This document shows positions 46,165-54,689 of a stretch of DNA of 64,000 nt, piece by piece; the stretch's first letter is position 1; each line of letters opens with the position of its first letter. Origin of the DNA: Hyphomicrobium sp. (lineage in GTDB: Bacteria; Pseudomonadota; Alphaproteobacteria; Rhizobiales; Hyphomicrobiaceae); assembly GCA_041940525.1 (NCBI GenBank), contig JBGTSB010000003.1:6916-70915 (forward strand), written 5' to 3'. Both the position numbers and the translations under genes were made by a program. Below the pieces are notes generated by a model that had not been told where the DNA came from, did no database searches, and saw only the letters and a program-made list of their open reading frames with translations.

Positions 46165-47547
46165 GTGTCACTCCGGCTAAGGCTGATCCGCAGCGTGGCA
46201 ATGGTGTTGCTAGGCACATTGGCGTTCGGCGCGCTGCTGACGAATTGGCATGCGCAGCAGAAGATTGATCGCGAACTGAGCGCGGCTGTCGCCGTGGCAC
46301 AAAGCACGGCACAAGTCGCGCTAGAAGACGCCGCCCGTGCCGGCATTCCCCGCGAAGGACTGCGGCGTGTGGTGCACGCCTTTGATGGCAATCGCCACGT
46401 CCGCGCAATGTTGATCGATCCTCAAAATAAAGTGGCCGACACATCCACCGTGCGCGCGCCGGAGGCCGATGAAGCCCCGCCGCAATGGTTGTCCGGCGTG
46501 CTCGATCAGCCGGCTAAGGTTGTCAACGTCACGCTTCCGGCATCGTTGATGAAGTTTGGAACGATAGTTCTGGAAAGTGACCAGCGCAGCGAAACGGCGG
46601 AAGTCTGGGAAGATATGCTGCTCAGCCTGACGACGCTTACGACGTTCTGCTTCGTTATCCTCGGCCTGATCTACTGGATGCTAGGCCGCGCACTCCAGCC
46701 GCTGTCTGCGCTTTCGCGAGGCTTTGAGCAGGTTGGCCGAGGAGACTACGCGACCAGAGTGCCGGAGCGTGGCCCCACAGAACTCGCGCACCTGTGTGCC
46801 AACTTCAACATCATGGCCGACGCACTTGGCCGATCCGAACGGCGCAACAGCAAACTCAATGAACAACTGGCGGCAGTGCAGGAAGAAGAGCGCGCCGAGC
46901 TCGCCCGCGACCTTCACGATGAAGTTAGCCCGTTGTTGTTTTCGATCGACGTCGACGCAACGGCCATCCGCAAGAGCGCGGAAAGTGACAACATCGAGTC
47001 TGAAACGACATCGCAGCACGCAAGAGCCATTTCACAGGCCGTGGGCCAGATCAAGTCTCAGGTAAAATCGATCCTCGGGCGTCTTCGCCCGGCTGTGCTG
47101 TTGGACCTCGGCCTTTCAAACGCGATTGAGAATTTAGTTGCATATTGGGAAGCACGGCGCCCGCATATAAAGTTCGAATTGGCGATCACGGAGGCGGGTT
47201 GGGGTGATCAGCTAGACGCTGCGATCCACGGGATCGTGCGCGAGGCCTTGAGCAACGCCATGCAGCATTCAAATCCGCAGAGGGTTGAAATTGCCGTGAA
47301 GGAGAAAGCTGGCATCATTGCTGTGCGTGTCACCGACGATGGTGGAGGCCTTTCAGAACCATCCGCTCAAGGCAGTTACGGTCTGTTGCACATGCGCGAA
47401 CGTGTCGTCGCAAAGGGAGGGCGCTTCGTCGTGCGAAACCGAGACGACGGACTAGGTGTGATCGTCAAAGCCGAATTGCCCCTACCAAGCACGCTATCAA
47501 ACAACAAACGCGCACAATCAGAAAAACAAGAGGCAGTTGCGTCATGA
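46165..47547 (+). CDS. Sensor histidine kinase (HAMP, HisKA_3, HATPase_c; NarX/LiaS type)
   Basis: GTG start and two TM helices. The H-box is LARDLHDEVSPLLFSI, and the ATPase motifs are REALSNAMQHS and DDGGGL. Confidence 0.85.
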   Translation: MSLRLRLIRSVAMVLLGTLAFGALLTNWHAQQKIDRELSAAVAVAQSTAQVALEDAARAGIPREGLRRVVHAFDGNRHVRAMLIDPQNKVADTSTVRAPEADEAPPQWLSGVLDQPAKVVNVTLPASLMKFGTIVLESDQRSETAEVWEDMLLSLTTLTTFCFVILGLIYWMLGRALQPLSALSRGFEQVGRGDYATRVPERGPTELAHLCANFNIMADALGRSERRNSKLNEQLAAVQEEERAELARDLHDEVSPLLFSIDVDATAIRKSAESDNIESETTSQHARAISQAVGQIKSQVKSILGRLRPAVLLDLGLSNAIENLVAYWEARRPHIKFELAITEAGWGDQLDAAIHGIVREALSNAMQHSNPQRVEIAVKEKAGIIAVRVTDDGGGLSEPSAQGSYGLLHMRERVVAKGGRFVVRNRDDGLGVIVKAELPLPSTLSNNKRAQSEKQEAVAS

Positions 47548-48164
47548 AGGTCTTGATCGTGGACGATCACGCGGTGGTACGGCAAGGCGTGCAACGGTTG
47601 CTGTCGTCGCTACCAGGCGCGGAGATATCAGAGGCTGGAACTCCGCACGAAGCTCTGGCGAAGTTCAAGTCCGAACGGCCAAACGTCGTTGTCTTGGACA
47701 TCAATCTTGGTGCCGGCAGTGGGTTGGAACTTCTGAAGCGCTTTCAAATCGAGCACGCGCTCTCGCGCATTGTCATGTTCTCAATGCACGCCGAGCCGAT
47801 CTATGCATCGCGCGCTATCAAGTCTGGGGCTTTTGGGTATGTATCAAAGAGTGCCGGCGCCGAAGAGCTTGTCACGGCGGTCTCTAAAGCAGCTGCCGGC
47901 GAACGCTACGTCGATCCCGAGACCGCGTCCAAACTCGCACTCAACCTGTATCCAACGGAAAATCCTTTGGAGAGTTTGACGAACAGAGAGGTTGAGATCC
48001 TGCGCCTGCTGGGCGACGGCAAGAGTCTGTCGGGCATCGCTGAGACGCTCGGCATCGCGTATAAGACTGTTGCCAATTCGTGCAGCCGCTTGAAGGAAAA
48101 GCTTGGCTTGGAGCGGACGGCGGATCTCATCCGCCTGTCTCTGGAAACCCGTCGCGAACACTAG
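47544..48164 (+). CDS. Response regulator, NarL/LuxR family
   Basis: MKVLIVDDHAVVRQG, VVVLDINL and a C-terminal LuxR HTH (LTNREVEILRLLGDGKSLSGIAETLGIAYKTVANSCSRLKEKLG). It overlaps the kinase stop by 4 nt. Confidence 0.9.
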   Translation: MKVLIVDDHAVVRQGVQRLLSSLPGAEISEAGTPHEALAKFKSERPNVVVLDINLGAGSGLELLKRFQIEHALSRIVMFSMHAEPIYASRAIKSGAFGYVSKSAGAEELVTAVSKAAAGERYVDPETASKLALNLYPTENPLESLTNREVEILRLLGDGKSLSGIAETLGIAYKTVANSCSRLKEKLGLERTADLIRLSLETRREH

Positions 48165-48170
48165 CCGATC

Positions 48171-48190
48171 GGGAAGTTTTCCCATTTTTG
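48171..48190 (+). terminator. Weak terminator candidate after the response regulator
   Basis: GGGAA (48171-48175), loop GTT, TTCCC (48179-48183), then ATTTTTG. The stem is only 5 bp. Confidence 0.3.
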
Positions 48191-48386
48191 TACGGCTCCC
48201 ATTTTCTTAATCTTGCGCCACGCGCCAATCGAACGGCATCCCCGACCCTGCCGGACAGCGGGACCAGAGAACTGGCAAGGCGCGGGGCTTGAACGCTTGC
48301 AGCAAGTGTTCGTGCTGAGCTGGTAGGCGGCGGGCTGGCTGGCAACGGCTGGTCCGTCGTCGTTAGCCAATGCCCCGAAAAACAAA

Positions 48387-48417
48387 GTGCGGTGATGAGC
48401 AGGGCTCATCACCGCAC
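48387..48417 (-). terminator. Rho-independent terminator of the SDR gene
   Basis: Perfect 14-bp stem, GTGCGGTGATGAGC with GCTCATCACCGCAC, and a 3-nt loop. On the minus strand it is followed by TTTGTTTTTCGGGG. It lies about 110 nt downstream of the SDR stop. Confidence 0.65.
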
Positions 48418-48529
48418 CATTTGGAACCGCAACGCGGAACTGTGAAACGCGGTGCCTAACATTGGACTTTACACGCCAAGTGTTAGGAGAATGCAAACGG
48501 CCTACACCCCGCAAGTATGCGGCTTTTTC

Positions 48530-49411
48530 TTATTCGTCCTTATTTCTGGGCTTAAGAAGCCACCCCAGCAGTGGAACCAAACCCGGATGCGGCAATACGC
48601 GCAGAACCGGCATCCCAATAAGCGAAAGCAAGCCGGGTATGACCACCTTCTTGCCGAGCTTGAATTGCCACCAGATGGCGCTCGCCACGCGCTCCGGCGA
48701 TAGGGCAGGCAGCAGATCGCGATAAAACGCCGTCTCCGCGCCCATGTCCTCGTGAAATCCGGTTTCCACCGGTCCCGGCGCTGCAACACAAATCCGAACG
48801 CCAAGGCCCGAACATTCGCAGGCGATCGCCTCAGTAAACGAGAGCACGTAGGCCTTGCTCGCGTAATAGGCCGCCTGATACGGCCCCGGCACGTAGCCTC
48901 CCAACGAGGCAACGTTGATAATCCCGCCGCGCCCACGCGCAATCATTTGCGGTAGCGCTTGCCGGGTCAGCCGGGTCACGGCGCCAACGTTCAACTGCGT
49001 GAGCCGATCGATATCTTCAACGCTATGGCCAGTCATCGCGCCGCCCAGTCCCATGCCGGCGTTGTTGATCAGAATGTCGAGATAAAGCCCATGTGCGTCG
49101 AGCGCGGCTTCGATCTGCGCGAACGCCGCCGGCTCCGTGATGTCGAGCGCTAGCGGAACTGCCGCGCTGTCGCGATAGTTCGCCTCGATGGCTTCGGCCG
49201 CTTGCTTGCAAGGCCCTAAATGGCGCGCGACGAGCACGACCGCGCGCTTGTCCTTCGCCGCCCGCCGCGCCAGTGCCAAGCCTATGCCGCGAGAAGCTCC
49301 TGTGATGACCACGGCAGGCCGTTTACCGGCAGCATCCGCGATCGCCTGCGGGTCCTGCTGCGCGCGCCGGGAAATCCAAACGTTAGCCAAGCGGGCCAGG
49401 TGGTCGATCAT
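48530..49411 (-). CDS. Short-chain dehydrogenase/reductase (SDR) family oxidoreductase
   Basis: VVITGASRGIGLALA (TGxxxGxG), NNAG, and the active-site sequence YYASKAYV (YxxxK). A C-terminal hydrophobic tail is present. Confidence 0.85.
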   Translation of the reverse strand: MIDHLARLANVWISRRAQQDPQAIADAAGKRPAVVITGASRGIGLALARRAAKDKRAVVLVARHLGPCKQAAEAIEANYRDSAAVPLALDITEPAAFAQIEAALDAHGLYLDILINNAGMGLGGAMTGHSVEDIDRLTQLNVGAVTRLTRQALPQMIARGRGGIINVASLGGYVPGPYQAAYYASKAYVLSFTEAIACECSGLGVRICVAAPGPVETGFHEDMGAETAFYRDLLPALSPERVASAIWWQFKLGKKVVIPGLLSLIGMPVLRVLPHPGLVPLLGWLLKPRNKDE

Positions 49412-49469
49412 GACGCCTCATTGCTGACAGCGGCGCCGGGCGACCGCTGAGCCCGCAATATAGGCAACC

Positions 49470-49841
49470 CTACAGTGATGCACAGCCCGCCGCTGCTGCA
49501 GCCGGCCGGCTCCTTGTCGTCGTTTGGCGGGTCTTCTTGCGCTTGCCCCACCGGATCGGCTTCACCGGCGGCTCGTCAATATCGCAGTGCCAGAGGTCAT
49601 GCTGAACCTGCAGGCCCAGCCAATAGCGCGCGCCTTGACCGAGTGCGATGCCCAGCCGTTGCGCCATCTTGCGGTCGACGCTGCGCCTCTCCGCCAGCAA
49701 ATCGCCAAGCATACGTGCCGAGATGCCAAGGTGACGGGCGAGCGCGGCACGGGTCATCCCGAGGCACGGCAGAATGTCCTCCCGAAGAATTTCCCCCGGA
49801 TGAGGCGGTTCTGGCAGATCCTCTATGAATGTCCTGTACAT
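49470..49841 (-). CDS. higA: HigA-family antitoxin-like HTH protein (orphan)
   Basis: HPGEILREDILPCLGMTRAALARHLGISARMLGDLLAERRSVDRKMAQRLGIALGQGARYWLGLQVQHDLW is the typical HigA/VapI HTH. No higB-like ORF lies upstream. Confidence 0.75.
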   Translation of the reverse strand: MYRTFIEDLPEPPHPGEILREDILPCLGMTRAALARHLGISARMLGDLLAERRSVDRKMAQRLGIALGQGARYWLGLQVQHDLWHCDIDEPPVKPIRWGKRKKTRQTTTRSRPAAAAAGCASL

Positions 49842-50098
49842 CGCTCCGCTTCGAGTTTTTTTGAATATGACACTATTAATACAGTGATTTGCTAAAGCAG
49901 AGGTTGAGAAGGCAGAGACAAAACACGGCAAATAGGGAGAAAAGACTGACTTGTGATTATTGAGACTCGTTCATCCGTCCACGGCGGGCCGAAATGGTTG
50001 CCGTCAAAACTGCGACAGTTCAATGACTACTCCGGCCGTATCTGCAACTGATCTATCGGCGTGAGCGGATTGAAGAGGAGCGAAAACACTACTCGGGA

Positions 50099-50174
50099 TG
50101 GTGCCGCTTGCGTGACTTGAACACGCGACCCCCGCATTACGAATGCGGTGCTCTACCAGCTGAGCTAAAGCGGC
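50099..50174 (-). tRNA. tRNA-Thr (anticodon CGU)
   Basis: The reverse complement reads GCCGCTT-TA-GCTC-AGCTGGTA-GAGC-A-CCGCA-TTCGTAA-TGCGG-GGGTC-GCGTG-TTCAAGT-CACGC-AAGCGGC-A-CCA. This is a complete 76-nt cloverleaf with an encoded CCA. Confidence 0.95.
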
Positions 50175-50312
50175 GTTCCCTGTCTGGGAAGAAGCGCAGG
50201 GATAACCGGTGCTTTGGCCGATTGCAAGGCCTTCAATCGCCAGCCGAAACGATGAGTCACAGCCCAATTGTCAGACGGCTCAGGCCCCCGTTATCCGGCT
50301 CACCTCGAAGCC

Positions 50313-50359
50313 CGGAACATGGAAAAGCGGAGCACGGTGCCGGGTAACACCATGTTCCG
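50313..50359. terminator. 10-bp stem hairpin between the hypothetical gene and tRNA-Thr
   Basis: CGGAACATGG (50313-50322) pairs with CCATGTTCCG (50350-50359) around a 27-nt loop. A T-rich run (CTTGTTGTCTT) is present only on the plus strand. Its function is uncertain. Confidence 0.3.
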
Positions 50360-50444
50360 CTTGTTGTCTTGGGCGTTGCGAGAGGCCAGCCAGCTTGCGA
50401 TCTGGGTCAAGTGGATGGCTGGACCCGGCTACAGCACGGTCCCC

Positions 50445-50750
50445 TCAGCCGTGAGCGGCCCCGGAGCGGGCCCAGTCGAACAACTTGCGCCGCGGCATCG
50501 GCACGACAACATCGTCTTCTCTGAATTCGTGTTTGGGGAGCAATTCCCAGTCCATCTCGCGGATGGCTTTGCGGACGGTCTCGTCGGTCGTCAGGTCCCA
50601 GGCGACCCAAGAGCTTTCTTGCAGCCGGCCATTGGCCCAGCGGCGGGCGCGTAGGAAGTTGTCTTCAATTTGATATTCAACGCCAGCCTGAACCGCTGAC
50701 GGCATCCAAGAGGACGACTTTTTCAAACACGCAGACATTACGAACTCCAT
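50445..50750 (-). CDS. Hypothetical protein
   Basis: 101-aa ORF whose composition looks protein-like (VEYQIEDNFLRARRWANGRLQESSWVAWDLTTDETVRKAIREMDWELLPKHEF). I do not recognise the family and the start is uncertain. Confidence 0.4.
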   Translation of the reverse strand: MEFVMSACLKKSSSWMPSAVQAGVEYQIEDNFLRARRWANGRLQESSWVAWDLTTDETVRKAIREMDWELLPKHEFREDDVVVPMPRRKLFDWARSGAAHG

Positions 50751-50993
50751 ACAATTACTACTGCGACGTTAAGAGTTTAGACTCCGTTACTCTTAACAAA
50801 CCCCTAACGGTTTCGGTTTGAGCTCGAGAGGCCTACGAGATCGCTCACGCGCGCCAAGTCATCCACACGCCGTCGAACGCTGCGCGAACGTGACCGCCGC
50901 GCCCTAGACAGCGGCTCCCAGGGTGTGGCCTGTTAGCGCTGCTGGCGGCACGCGTTGGGCGCCAGCACCAGCCCACGCACCGCGGAGACCGAC

Positions 50994-52355
50994 ATGGAAG
51001 CTATCAGCCAAGCACTCTCGTCCCTGAATTCGATTGTCTGGGGTGTGCCGATGCTCGTGCTGATCTTGGGCGTTGGCCTCTATCTCACCATCGGCTTGCG
51101 ATTGATGAGTATTCTCAGGCTGCCAGTCAGTTTCAAACTGCTGTGGCGCGGCCTCGCCTCGCGCGGCGCGGGTGACATCAGCCCATTCAACGCTTTGATG
51201 ACATCACTGTCGGCGACGATCGGCACCGGAAACATCGCCGGTGTCGCGACAGCCATTTTCCTCGGTGGCCCGGGCGCGGTTTTCTGGATGTGGATGACGG
51301 CGCTGGTCGGCATGGCCACCAAATACGCTGAGGCCGTCTGCGCCGTGCAGTACCGCGAGACGGACGAGCGCGGCAACTTCGTCGGCGGCCCGATGTATTA
51401 CATCAAGAACGGCATGGGCGAGAACTGGAAGTGGCTGGCCGTCTGCTTCGCCCTGTTTGCAGGTGTCGCGGGGTTCGGCATTGGTAACATGGTGCAGGCA
51501 AACTCTATCGCCGACGCCTTGAACGCAAACTTTGCAGTCCCCGAAGAGGTGACAGGCGGCGTGCTGGTCGTGCTCGTTGGTGCGGTTCTGCTCGGCGGCA
51601 TCAAACGCATCGCGACGGTGGCTGGAAAGCTGGTGCCATTCATGGCCATTGCCTATGCCATCGGCGGTACCATCGTGTTGGCGATGAACGCAGGCGAAAT
51701 CGGCAACGCGCTGTCGCTCATTTTCACGCACGCATTTAACCCGGCTGCCGCCACCGGAGGTTTCGCCGGCGCGGCCGTTTGGGCGGCCATCCGTTTTGGT
51801 GTCGCTCGCGGTGTCTTTTCCAATGAAGCCGGGCTCGGGTCCGCGCCGATCGCACACGCGGCAGCGCAAACGAGAGGCCCGGTGAGCCAAGGCCTCGTTG
51901 CAATGCTGGGCACTTTTATCGACACGATTATCGTGTGCAGCTTCACCGCGCTCGTTATTCTCGTGACCGGCGCCTGGACAAGCGGCGAAACCGGCGCTGC
52001 GCTCACCTCGAAGGCGTTTGAGCTCGCCCTTCCTGGAGCTGGCAATTACATCGTCACCTGCGCCATCGCGATCTTTGCTTTCACGACGATTCTTGGCTGG
52101 AGTTACTACTGCGAACGGGCGCTGCAATACCTGTTCGGTGTTGTGATCATCGTGCCATTTCGTATCGTCTGGTCGCTCGCCGTGCTCGCTGGCGCAACCT
52201 TGAAACTCGAGTTCGTTTGGCTTCTTGCCGATACCTTGAACGCCATGATGGCCGTGCCTAACCTGATCGCGCTCGTTGCCCTGAGCCCGGTCGTCTTCAA
52301 GATCACAAAAGCGTTCTTTGCGTCAGGCGGGCAGTCCGAGAACAACCCGCTTTAG
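50994..52355 (+). CDS. Alanine/glycine:cation symporter (AGCS family)
   Basis: MEAISQALSSLNSIVWGVPMLVLILGVGLYLTIGLRL...SPFNALMTSLSATIGTGNIAGVATAI..GGPGAVFWMW...FSNEAGLGSAPIAHAAA is the typical AGCS signature. Confidence 0.9.
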   Translation: MEAISQALSSLNSIVWGVPMLVLILGVGLYLTIGLRLMSILRLPVSFKLLWRGLASRGAGDISPFNALMTSLSATIGTGNIAGVATAIFLGGPGAVFWMWMTALVGMATKYAEAVCAVQYRETDERGNFVGGPMYYIKNGMGENWKWLAVCFALFAGVAGFGIGNMVQANSIADALNANFAVPEEVTGGVLVVLVGAVLLGGIKRIATVAGKLVPFMAIAYAIGGTIVLAMNAGEIGNALSLIFTHAFNPAAATGGFAGAAVWAAIRFGVARGVFSNEAGLGSAPIAHAAAQTRGPVSQGLVAMLGTFIDTIIVCSFTALVILVTGAWTSGETGAALTSKAFELALPGAGNYIVTCAIAIFAFTTILGWSYYCERALQYLFGVVIIVPFRIVWSLAVLAGATLKLEFVWLLADTLNAMMAVPNLIALVALSPVVFKITKAFFASGGQSENNPL

Positions 52356-52381
52356 ACTGCGCGGGGGCGGCTGGCCAGTAA

Positions 52382-52621
52382 TCAAGCGGCGAGCGGATCG
52401 CTGCGCCGCGGCACTTGCGGTACAGACGCGTGAGCCGCGCCTTGGCGGGCTTGCGCGGCGGCCTGACTTACGACTTCCAGATATTCGGAACGAAACGCGT
52501 AGAGTGTGGTGTCGATCGGCGAAAGCTGGACCCAGATCAAGTCGCGATCCAGCCATGCAACCGCTTCCATTTCCCGTGAATCACCGCGAACACGGACCGT
52601 GTCTCCGGGCTGGATGGTCAT
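52382..52621 (-). CDS. Small hypothetical protein
   Basis: 79 aa counted from the internal ATG 52621 (MTIQPGDTVRVRGDSREMEAVAWLDRDLIWVQLSP...). I do not recognise the family. Confidence 0.35.
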   Translation of the reverse strand: MTIQPGDTVRVRGDSREMEAVAWLDRDLIWVQLSPIDTTLYAFRSEYLEVVSQAAAQARQGAAHASVPQVPRRSDPLAA

Positions 52622-52797
52622 CGAAGTCCTCGCAATACAAACTAGCATTCACATGGCTGCAAATGACGCCTGGTAAACGATATCTTAATAAGCACAGACG
52701 GGTGATTATTGCGAGAGCAAGAGTTCTCAAATTACATCAAGTTGCGGAATAAGATTAATTTCGCATATGAAAAGCAAGGACTTTCGGTCGCCGCGAA

Positions 52798-54678
52798 TTA
52801 TACCGCGCGATACGGCCGCATTACAGCAGGTGCAGACTCTTCTTCATCGTCAGCACCAGGATCATCTGGTGCTCTGGGCGAAACGAAGATCGTATGTTCT
52901 TGCGTCTTTTCCGGCTTGCTCCGCCCCTTAGACGCCGAAGCTTCGGCCGGTACGTCCTTACTAGACTTGGCTCCAGTTGATGACGTGGCTTTGCGTTCTT
53001 GCTTTTGATCACTCCCGGCATCCTTCGCCGGTGTCGCCGCTGACGTCATGTTGTCTCGCTCCTCAGTTGCCACAGTCGCAACCGGCGTTTTCTCCTGCTT
53101 CTGGGATGAAGTGTCCGCCTGCTCCTGTCCCGGTCCGGCAGCGATCTTTTCGTCCTCTCCGGTTTCAGGCGGCGCAGGCGTAGGCTCGGCAGCAGGTTCT
53201 GGATTGGCTTTAACCGGCTCCACCTTAGTGGTGGCAACAGCAGGGGCAGGCGAAATATCCTTCTCCGGCTTCTCTTCTTGCGCAGGAGTTTCCGGCTCGG
53301 CCGTCAGATCGAGATCAGCGGGCTGTTCCTGTCCAAGCGCGACAAGCTCGTTCAACCGGTCATGAAGCGCAGCTTCGTCAGGCGCATCGCCAACGCGCTC
53401 GACCGGCACCTTCCAAACGAACGCATCCAGCTGTCCGGTCACGGGAGACACGGCCGCCCAGCGTTCCGCCACGACACCATCGGCCGTCCAAACCGCGTCA
53501 CGCTGTGCGGTAACCGCCCGCGCCAGCCATTCGCGCACGCGCCCCTTATCTCCATGCTGCTCACCTTCGATACGCGCCATCAACGTTGCGGCGGCCTGCG
53601 TCAGCCGCGCATTGTCCAGTAGAGGCGACAAGGCATGGCGCGCTTCGTCGTACGCGTGCGCGTCAATCGCGGCTTTGGCCACGGCGATCGGGCTTTCAAC
53701 GGCATGCGGCCGCATGCCAGCCAATTTCTTCACCCGGTCCAGCCGGTCCCGCGGGCTGTCGCCAATGCGCGCGTAGGCATAGGCCGTCGCCAAGTCAGGA
53801 TGCGGCGCCTTCTTCCAGGTGCTCTGGAGAACCTTTGCTGCTTTCGCGGTATTGCCCTGACTAGCCAAGATCCGCCCGGCAATCGCAGCAGCCGGAATGA
53901 GATCAACCGCAAGCCGGTGTGCTTCGCTGGCCAGCGTTAGAGCCTTCGCCGGGTTGTTGTCTTCCAGCTCTTGCGCTTGTGCAGTCAGCAAGACCGCGCG
54001 GCGCCTGTCGGCCGTTGGCTTGTCGATGTGACCATTGCGTTTGGCCGTGGCGAGTGTTTCGAGCGCGCCGGCCCAATTCCCTTGGCGGCACTGCAAGTCA
54101 AACAAAGCATCAATCGGCCAGGCAAGTTTGGGATTGAGTTCCAGGGCGCGCTGCGAATAGTGCAGCGCCGGTTCAGGGGCGTTCTCGCGCTGGGCTTCAA
54201 CGAACAAGCCGCGCAGGCCAAGCTGCTCTGTATCGGGTGAAGCCAACATCGACTCAAAAATCCGCCGTGCGGTGGCGCGATCGCCAGACAGTTGCGCGGC
54301 TTGCGCGCGTAGCAGCTGCGTCAACGGCTCATTCGGCAGGGACTTGCGCGCCTGGATCGCATAACGCGTTGCGTTCGCACGGTCTCCAGCACCAACGGCG
54401 ATCATGCCGCTGGACAACGCATCCAGACCACGCTGCTGTCGCCTGCGATTGATGAAGCGACCGAGGATAGCCGGGCTGTCCCACATGTGCCGTATTAGCG
54501 ACCACACCACTCCGAGCAACGCCATCACCGCGACGACGATAACGACCGCGTGGAAGACACTCGTTTCGATTTGTTGGTTTTCCCAATTGATGACGAGCTG
54601 CCCGGGACGGTCCGCGAGCCAGGCGAGGCCGGAGGCAACAACCAGCACTACAAGGAGAAAAGCGACAAGGCGCAACAT
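52798..54678 (-). CDS. hemY: HemY-like protein (HemY_N domain plus TPR) with a long acidic/Pro-rich C-terminal extension
   Basis: The N-terminus MLRLVAFLLVVLVVASGLAWLADRPGQLVINWENQQIETSVFHAVVIV...RRRQQRGLDALSSGMIAVGAGD is characteristic of HemY_N. The gene lies in the heme-gene block. Confidence 0.8.
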   Translation of the reverse strand: MLRLVAFLLVVLVVASGLAWLADRPGQLVINWENQQIETSVFHAVVIVVAVMALLGVVWSLIRHMWDSPAILGRFINRRRQQRGLDALSSGMIAVGAGDRANATRYAIQARKSLPNEPLTQLLRAQAAQLSGDRATARRIFESMLASPDTEQLGLRGLFVEAQRENAPEPALHYSQRALELNPKLAWPIDALFDLQCRQGNWAGALETLATAKRNGHIDKPTADRRRAVLLTAQAQELEDNNPAKALTLASEAHRLAVDLIPAAAIAGRILASQGNTAKAAKVLQSTWKKAPHPDLATAYAYARIGDSPRDRLDRVKKLAGMRPHAVESPIAVAKAAIDAHAYDEARHALSPLLDNARLTQAAATLMARIEGEQHGDKGRVREWLARAVTAQRDAVWTADGVVAERWAAVSPVTGQLDAFVWKVPVERVGDAPDEAALHDRLNELVALGQEQPADLDLTAEPETPAQEEKPEKDISPAPAVATTKVEPVKANPEPAAEPTPAPPETGEDEKIAAGPGQEQADTSSQKQEKTPVATVATEERDNMTSAATPAKDAGSDQKQERKATSSTGAKSSKDVPAEASASKGRSKPEKTQEHTIFVSPRAPDDPGADDEEESAPAVMRPYRAV

Positions 54679-54689
54679 CGTGGGTGTCC

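Noticed and set aside
49842-50098. Search for a HigB toxin gene or remnant upstream of higA.
   Set aside because: There is no ORF of suitable size or orientation on the minus strand. The only overlapping ORF (50004-50267) runs through the tRNA and is spurious.
50751-50993. Glycine riboswitch upstream of the alanine/glycine:cation symporter. The region includes the hairpin GTTAAGAG with CTCTTAAC at 50768-50797.
   Set aside because: No tandem GGAGAG...CACCG aptamer-like core is visible. The hairpin alone is not diagnostic.
51204-52127. 307-aa minus-strand ORF opposite the alanine/glycine symporter.
   Set aside because: The plus strand encodes a textbook AGCS permease. The antisense ORF is Arg-rich and has no hydrophobic pattern or motifs.
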